From Abditibacterium sp. (GTDB lineage Bacteria; Armatimonadota; Abditibacteriia; Abditibacteriales; Abditibacteriaceae): DNA of 64,000 nt. The position numbers were made by a program, and so were the translations under genes. Below the pieces are notes generated by a model. It ran no database searches, had not been told where the DNA came from, and was given only the letters and a program-made list of their open reading frames with translations. Below are positions 58,416 through 64,000 of the stretch, one piece after another; position 1 is the stretch's first letter; each line of letters begins with the position of its first letter. The stretch covers positions 2,304,001-2,368,000 of the forward strand of contig OZ251992.1 of NCBI GenBank assembly GCA_965246885.1. Reading direction: 5' to 3'.

Positions 58416-58494
58416 AACGCGGAAGTCGGAAGTCGGAACGTGGAAAAGGAAATTTGAAGTTCTTTTCCACCTGCCGACTTCCGACTTCCGCGTT
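58416..58494. repeat. Heptamer-built inverted repeat (GGAAGTC family)
   Basis: 58416-58448 pairs with 58462-58494 except in one 3-nt patch. Confidence 0.9.
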
Positions 58495-59837
58495 TAACTC
58501 ATCCTCCGTTTCAAAAAGTCCGTCGAGAGTTCGCCGCGCCGGAAGTAGTCGTTGCGCAGGATTTGCAGGTGAAACTCGCGCGTCGTTTGGATGCCTTCGA
58601 GACGGGTTTCAAGCAAGGCCCGCTCCATTTTGGCGATGGCTTCGTCGCGCGTGGGAGCGTGGACGATGATCTTGGCGAGCAAGGAATCGTAAAAGGGCGG
58701 CATGTGGTAGCCGCCGAAGAGGTGCGAGTCCACCCGCACGCCGCGCCCGCCGGGAGGGTCGAAGTGCGTGATTGTTCCGGCGCTCGGCTGGAAATTCTTC
58801 GCCGGGTCTTCCGCAGTCAGGCGGCACTCGATGGCGTGGCCGGAGAAGCGGATGTCGTCTTGGGTGAAACGGAGCGGCTCGCCTGCCGCGACGCGCAGTT
58901 GCTCTTGGATTAAGTCCACCCCCGCTATCTCTTCGGTGACGGGATGCTCGACTTGGATGCGCGTGTTCATCTCCATGAAGAAGAACTCGCCCGTTTTGCT
59001 GACGAGGAACTCGATTGTCCCCGCGTTCTGGTAGCCGACGGCGCGCGCGCCCTTGACGGCGGCCTCGCCCAACGCGCGGCGCGTGGCTTCGGGCAGAAAC
59101 GCGCAGGGCGCTTCTTCGACCATCTTCTGATGCCGCGCGGTCTGCACGGAGCAGTCGCGCTCGCCCAAATGGACTACGTTGCCGTGTGCGTCGGCCAGTA
59201 TCTGCACTTCGATGTGGCGCGGCTCGATGAGATACTTCTCGATATACACCTCGTCGTTGCCAAAAGCGGCGGCGGCTTCGTTTTGGGCGAGTTGGAGTTG
59301 CTTGGGCAGTTCGTCCTCGCTCAGCACGACGCGCATGCCCTTGCCGCCGCCGCCCGCGCTGGCTTTGATGATGACGGGATACCCGATGTGCCGCGCCGCC
59401 GCCAACGCTTCGCGCTCGCCGTCAACGGGGCCGGGAGTTCCGGGCATAATCGGCACGCCCGCGAGTCGCATCGCTTCGCGCGCGGACGCCTTGTTGCCCA
59501 TCTTGTCTATGGCGGCGGGGGTGGGGCCAATAAACTTGATGTTGGCTTGCTCGCAGACTTCGGCGAACGAAGAGTTCTCGCTCAAGAAGCCATAGCCGGG
59601 ATGAATAGCGTCGGCGCCTGTGATGATGGCGGCGGACACGACGTTGGCGATGTTGAGATACGACTCTTTGGCGGCGGGCGGCCCGACGCAGACGGCTTCG
59701 TCGGCCAGTTGCACGGCGCGCGAATGCAAGTCGGCGCTGGAATGAACCGCGACCGAGGCAATGCCCATCTCGCGGCACGCCCGGATGACGCGCACCGCGA
59801 TCTCGCCGCGATTGGCGATTAATACCTTGGAAAACAT
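58494..59837 (-). CDS. accC: Acetyl-CoA carboxylase biotin carboxylase subunit
   Basis: KVLIANRGEIA, HPGYGFLSEN, GGGGKGM, EMNTRIQVEH and YDSLLAK motifs. Confidence 0.97.
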   Translation of the reverse strand: MFSKVLIANRGEIAVRVIRACREMGIASVAVHSSADLHSRAVQLADEAVCVGPPAAKESYLNIANVVSAAIITGADAIHPGYGFLSENSSFAEVCEQANIKFIGPTPAAIDKMGNKASAREAMRLAGVPIMPGTPGPVDGEREALAAARHIGYPVIIKASAGGGGKGMRVVLSEDELPKQLQLAQNEAAAAFGNDEVYIEKYLIEPRHIEVQILADAHGNVVHLGERDCSVQTARHQKMVEEAPCAFLPEATRRALGEAAVKGARAVGYQNAGTIEFLVSKTGEFFFMEMNTRIQVEHPVTEEIAGVDLIQEQLRVAAGEPLRFTQDDIRFSGHAIECRLTAEDPAKNFQPSAGTITHFDPPGGRGVRVDSHLFGGYHMPPFYDSLLAKIIVHAPTRDEAIAKMERALLETRLEGIQTTREFHLQILRNDYFRRGELSTDFLKRRMS

Positions 59838-59845
59838 GGGGTGCA

Positions 59846-59916
59846 AGAGGTTAGAGGCCGGAGGTTGGAGGTTAGAAGCTGCATGGGCGCGCTCTAACCT
59901 CTTGGCTCTAACCTCT
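59846..59916. repeat. Heptamer-built imperfect inverted repeat (GAGGTTA family)
   Basis: GAGGTTA-GAGGCCG-GAGGTTG-GAGGTTA opposite TCTAACCTC-TTGGC-TCTAACCTC. Confidence 0.8.
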
Positions 59917-59920
59917 CGAT

Positions 59921-60253
59921 TCAGCGGCTCACCGTTCCTGTGGCGGCGTTGTATTGCAGGGGCTTGCCCGTCGCGTCGTCCACCCACATTTCGGCGGGAT
60001 AGTCTTTGAGCGAGTGGCGCAATTCTTCGAGGGTCGCGGGCGGCTTGCCGTTCTCGTCGCGCGGGACAGCTTGGTTAATTTGCGCGATGTTGGAATCGGT
60101 GGCGACGCCGCGCCCTTTGTCCATCGAGCGGCCCAAGATGGACTGCTTGTCGGACGAGGCCTGTTGCGCTTGCGTGTTGGCGTCGGGCGGGGCGCCGTTG
60201 CAGCCGACAAGGGCGAACGCCACGACGGGCAAAAGAACGAGTGCGGATTTCAT
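59921..60253 (-). CDS. Small putative lipoprotein
   Basis: MKSALVLLPVVAFALVG-C lipobox; 4-bp overlap with the upstream gene. Confidence 0.75.
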   Translation of the reverse strand: MKSALVLLPVVAFALVGCNGAPPDANTQAQQASSDKQSILGRSMDKGRGVATDSNIAQINQAVPRDENGKPPATLEELRHSLKDYPAEMWVDDATGKPLQYNAATGTVSR

Positions 60254-60729
60254 GATGCGGGTTCCAGAACCAGTAGAGTTTGACCCCATTCCACTCCTTG
60301 CCCTTCCAACGAAGGAAGTTCCACCACCGTGCCATCGAACGGCGCCACCACTTCGTTGGGCACGCGCAGCGATTCCACGACTGCCACCACCTGCCCATTC
60401 TTCACCGCATCGCCCACCTGAAGCGGTTTCTTCGGCGCGCGATACACCCCGACACATGGCGCGAGCACCCCACGCGCTGTGATGAGTTCCGGCTCCACAC
60501 TCGCTTCGACCTCTTCCAACGGCAAGGCTACCGCTTCGACCGATTCGGGTGCCCCCACAACCGGCGCGAGGGTGAACGTCTCGCGCTTGAGGTTCAATCG
60601 CAACCGCCCGACCCCCTCGGTGTCCGATTCGAGCGCGATTTTGCCCAGCCCATTGGCCTTAAGCAGCGCCGCCATCTCGCGCACTGCATCAAGGGGCACA
60701 GGTTCATCCGGGAAAAACATAGAAGGCAT
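60250..60729 (-). CDS. Biotin carboxyl carrier protein-like protein lacking the biotinyl Lys
   Basis: APCVGVY, VGDAVKNGQVVAVVESLRVPNEVVAPFDGTV, GQGVEWGQTL; near accC. Confidence 0.85.
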   Translation of the reverse strand: MPSMFFPDEPVPLDAVREMAALLKANGLGKIALESDTEGVGRLRLNLKRETFTLAPVVGAPESVEAVALPLEEVEASVEPELITARGVLAPCVGVYRAPKKPLQVGDAVKNGQVVAVVESLRVPNEVVAPFDGTVVELPSLEGQGVEWGQTLLVLEPAS

Positions 60730-60756
60730 TATAAAACACGCCCCGCCCGCGCCGCC

Positions 60757-61104
60757 TCATTTGGGCTTGCGATTCACCCAGCGAAAGAGGAACACGGCGG
60801 CGACCAAGCACAGCACACTGCCCAACAAGCAGCCCCACACCCACCACGCATCCAGCGAAAACAAGCTGGACACCCCTCCCTCGGCAGACCCAAGGAGCAC
60901 CATACACGCCCCGAACCCGCCGAACACCATCGCGGCGAGTGCCAACACCACCATCCCGATTTGGGCCAGCACGATCTGCCACATCGGGCGCGTTTGCAAC
61001 GATGCCCCGCAGTTCGGGCACAGCGCCGGTTTGGGTTCGGGCAACGCCGCGCCGCAGTTGAGGCAACGCGGTAGGGGCGCAGTCGGTTCGGCAATGGGCG
61101 GCAT
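60757..61104 (-). CDS. Zinc-ribbon plus two-TM small membrane protein (paralog 1)
   Basis: CLNCG...CPNCG followed by two hydrophobic helices. Confidence 0.75.
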   Translation of the reverse strand: MPPIAEPTAPLPRCLNCGAALPEPKPALCPNCGASLQTRPMWQIVLAQIGMVVLALAAMVFGGFGACMVLLGSAEGGVSSLFSLDAWWVWGCLLGSVLCLVAAVFLFRWVNRKPK

Positions 61105-61137
61105 GGCTAAAGTAAGCCACAAGCCCGCGAAGACGGC

Positions 61138-61476
61138 TCACTTGGGCTTCCGGTTGATCCAGTAAGACCAGCAGAAGAGGAGGACGGCAGCGAAGGCACA
61201 CGAGGCGCTACCCCAAAGCCATTGCGAGACTTCTTCCCAACTGGCTGGCGCGCTCTCGATTGTGCCGACCGACAGTAGCGCGCCAAGACCGCCCAGTATG
61301 ACCGCGAGGTAGGCGAAACAGCCGATTAAACCGCCCACAAGATGCACCTGCCGAGGCAACTTCACCCGCAATGCGGCGCCGCATTGCGGGCACAAGTCCG
61401 GTTTGGGTTCCGCGAGCGCCGCGCCGCACTTCGGGCACACGGGCGGCGTGGCGCGCGGTTCGGCGATGGGCGGCAT
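61138..61476 (-). CDS. Zinc-ribbon plus two-TM small membrane protein (paralog 2)
   Basis: CPKCG...CPQCG; shares the MPPIAEP start and W(V/I)NRKPK end with its neighbour. Confidence 0.75.
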   Translation of the reverse strand: MPPIAEPRATPPVCPKCGAALAEPKPDLCPQCGAALRVKLPRQVHLVGGLIGCFAYLAVILGGLGALLSVGTIESAPASWEEVSQWLWGSASCAFAAVLLFCWSYWINRKPK

Positions 61477-61497
61477 AACGGGCGGCGCTTTGGCGGG

Positions 61498-63540
61498 TTA
61501 GAACGGCAGGCGTGACACACTTTTACTGAGCAGGGCGAGGGCGACGGCGGCCATGCCGATGAGGCCCATGCCGCAATAGTATCCCGCGACCAGCACCGGC
61601 GTGAACGCTTTCCAGTTCTCTTGGCCGTAGCGTTTCTGGAAGTAGTAGCGGCCCAGCATCGCGCCGATGAATTGCGGGATGGCATAGGCCGGGAGCACCT
61701 GCGTGCCCGACACGAGACCGTAAAAGAACAGAACGGGCAAACCGCCGACGATGGTCGCAGCATACGCCAGCACGCCCGCACCCGCGCCGTAGCCGATGTA
61801 GTGCGGGTTGATGGCGCGGAGCAGGAAGTTGTCGGCGCCCTTTTTGTTCGCCGTCATCCACAGCGCCTGACTTTGCGCCGAGACAGGCCAGAACTTCGCC
61901 GCGAACGGGTACTGCGCGGCGGGAATTGGCGACAGTTTCCAGATGAAACTCCAGAAGAGGAGCGAGCAACCGAGCATGATGGGCAGCATCAGCGCCTCGA
62001 CCTTGAGAATCGAGGAAAACTTAGTGCGCGTCAATTCGACGGTCTTGAAGTGCTGGGCCATGTAGCCGTGATCCGCGAGCGGAATCGGCGCGAACCAGAT
62101 GTTAAAGCTGGTCGTGCCCGACAGCATGAACGACGCCTCCCGGACGTAGGGGATGGAAACCGACTGCCCTGCCAAGCCCGCCATACGCGCGTTGATATAC
62201 GAGAAAATCGGCGTCCACACGAACCCAAAGAAAATCAGCAGCCAAAGTGGGAACGCGGGTACCAACACCTGACAGGTAACGATCGCCAAGATGGTGCCGA
62301 GCGCGTAGATGCCCAGCGACAGCGCGATGGGAAAGTCGCCGCGCCCCTTGGGAACCGACAGTTGCGGCGCCGCCACGCCTTCCTGCTTTTGCCCGCGCGC
62401 CTTGGTGAGCGCCCGAATGACCGACACGATGCCGATAATCGCCACGACGACCGACGTGCCAATGCCGAACGACAACCAAAAGTCAATGGAGTTGACCAGT
62501 TGCGATTGCAACATGTCCGTGCCCGACACCCAGTTGTGCAGAATTCCGGCGCGCTGCAAGAACGGGTTGGCGATGATGTGGCAACCCACCGATGACAGGA
62601 AGATACCAACCACAACCGCGAATGGGAGCAAGAAGCCAATTAGTATCTGGCCGGGGTCGGTGCCAATACCGGTGAGCGCGCCCGGCAGAATCTTCTGCGT
62701 GTTCTGCGTGTAGTCAATAAAGGGAATCGAAACGAGGGTGATGGGCTGCGAGAAAATCAGGCCCGTCACCGACGGCAAGAGGATATACAGCGCACCCCAG
62801 CCGACGCCCATCATGGCGCCGATGGAGAAGATGCGCCAGCGCCAGCCTTCTTTCTGGGAGGAGGACTCGGCGAGCGCCGTCGCGCCTTCGGCGGCGATGG
62901 GCGCGAGGGGGAACGGCAAACGCTCGACATCGGACGTGATGCGGAAGAGGACGTAGCCCAAGCCCCAACTCGTCATACGCCCGAACAATTGCCCGAACAT
63001 CAGCAGTCCGATAGCGGGCAGCCAATCCATATGGAAGAAGCTACGCGCGAGCAAGGCGGGCGAGTCGGCGGCGGGCGAAACCCACGTGCCCACGCCCTGC
63101 TGAATACCGAGCGCCTTGGCGATAGGCGTGTGGACAACGTAGGAGTTCCAAATTAAACCCGCGAACGGGCCGCCCGATATGGCGATGCCCGCGACGTTGC
63201 TCGTCAAGGCCGCGCCGATGTAATACAAGAGGTAAATCTCCTGCTTTTTCAGCGTCTGATACGAGCGGCGCGCGATCTCCATGAAGAGGATGATCGTCAC
63301 CCATTCGGCGGCTGGCCCCATGCCCTGTCCGGCGATCAGGCCAAGGTAGATGGAACCCGGCATCATGATGAAGCCGATAAAGAGAGCGCCGACGACGGTC
63401 TTCCAAGAAAAGCCGTCTATGAACTCATCGTCGTCAACTGACGCCACGTCGTCCGAAGGCGACGACGAAACGGCGTTGACAGAAAGCGGGCCGGAGGGCC
63501 GATCTTGCAGTTCGGCTTCGGTGGAAGGAAGAAGTGACAT
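61498..63540 (-). CDS. OPT-like peptide transporter membrane protein
   Basis: Highly hydrophobic 680 aa; FIGFIMMPGSIYLGL, AAEWVTIILF and DVERLPFPLAP motifs. Confidence 0.75.
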   Translation of the reverse strand: MSLLPSTEAELQDRPSGPLSVNAVSSSPSDDVASVDDDEFIDGFSWKTVVGALFIGFIMMPGSIYLGLIAGQGMGPAAEWVTIILFMEIARRSYQTLKKQEIYLLYYIGAALTSNVAGIAISGGPFAGLIWNSYVVHTPIAKALGIQQGVGTWVSPAADSPALLARSFFHMDWLPAIGLLMFGQLFGRMTSWGLGYVLFRITSDVERLPFPLAPIAAEGATALAESSSQKEGWRWRIFSIGAMMGVGWGALYILLPSVTGLIFSQPITLVSIPFIDYTQNTQKILPGALTGIGTDPGQILIGFLLPFAVVVGIFLSSVGCHIIANPFLQRAGILHNWVSGTDMLQSQLVNSIDFWLSFGIGTSVVVAIIGIVSVIRALTKARGQKQEGVAAPQLSVPKGRGDFPIALSLGIYALGTILAIVTCQVLVPAFPLWLLIFFGFVWTPIFSYINARMAGLAGQSVSIPYVREASFMLSGTTSFNIWFAPIPLADHGYMAQHFKTVELTRTKFSSILKVEALMLPIMLGCSLLFWSFIWKLSPIPAAQYPFAAKFWPVSAQSQALWMTANKKGADNFLLRAINPHYIGYGAGAGVLAYAATIVGGLPVLFFYGLVSGTQVLPAYAIPQFIGAMLGRYYFQKRYGQENWKAFTPVLVAGYYCGMGLIGMAAVALALLSKSVSRLPF

Positions 63541-63545
63541 TGTTT

Positions 63546-63630
63546 GAAGTCGGAAGTCGGAAACCGGAACGCGGAAAAATCGCCTTTGCTGGCCCCCTTC
63601 TTCCGCGTTCCGGTTTCCGACTTCCGCGTT
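63546..63630. repeat. Heptamer-built inverted repeat (GGAAGTC family)
   Basis: Perfect 26-bp arms, 63551-63576 and 63601-63626. Confidence 0.92.
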
Positions 63631-63998
63631 TAAGCGAGGATGGCCCCCGGTTCTTCGACAGGGATAGTTTCGCCCAAAACATGGGCGCGGCCCCGCAGAA
63701 TGTATTCGTGCTGCATGGCGGGTTTGACGGTGCGCCACACGAGAAGCTGTTTGCGCAGTTCGGTCATGAACTCGCGGTTGACGCGCTTCCACGCGGCGAT
63801 TTCGCCGGAGCGACGCTCCAAGCGCAGTTGCATCTCATAGAGTCCCGGCTCGGTCGCGGGCAAGAGGATGATGTCGGTGTCTTGCGAGACGCCCATATCG
63901 AAGGGCGCCAGCCATGTCCGCATATGGAGCAAGAAAACCTGCGTGTCAGGCGGCTCGGCAATCGAGTCGAGTTCGATGTAGCCGCCTTTGGGCGGCGT
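63630..63998 (-). CDS. C-terminus of a larger protein (probably a large FtsX-like permease), truncated by window edge
   Basis: Frame open to the window end; WLAPFDMGVSQ...W..VN..F..ELRKQLLVWR; family assignment recalled, not verified. Confidence 0.65.
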   Translation of the reverse strand, partial: TPPKGGYIELDSIAEPPDTQVFLLHMRTWLAPFDMGVSQDTDIILLPATEPGLYEMQLRLERRSGEIAAWKRVNREFMTELRKQLLVWRTVKPAMQHEYILRGRAHVLGETIPVEEPGAILA

Positions 63999-64000
63999 AT

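Overview
GC-rich bacterial chromosomal window. The gene content (DUF1559/H-X9-DG prepilin-like protein, stalk-domain secreted protein, DUF2298/TIGR03663 pair) suggests Armatimonadota/Abditibacteriota; this is an inference. Most of it is housekeeping: NarL-type two-component pair, M32 carboxypeptidase, a 3112-aa cyclic beta-1,2-glucan synthase, ccmBCD-sirC-hemA-ccsA/hemX-hemC, sucA, gltX, modAB, ispH, trpS, rluB, a D-Ala-D-Ala carboxypeptidase, rpoN, nusB, accC and an OPT-like transporter. The accessory part is a signal-peptide Rhs polymorphic toxin locus (one full toxin-immunity pair, one orphan pair, one truncated core) and an unknown secreted gene pair. The most unusual signal is non-coding. 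Six intergenic arrays share an exact 21-bp period although most differ in sequence, and three carry a phased GACGTC-centred motif. There are also nested palindromic elements bracketing the Rhs locus and heptamer-built hairpins fused to stop codons. Two protein oddities stand out: a BCCP-like protein with Arg in place of the biotin-accepting Lys, and a sigma-54 with a Cys4 zinc-ribbon insert. Family names come from recalled motifs, not database searches. Several start codons were moved downstream of the supplied ORF calls.
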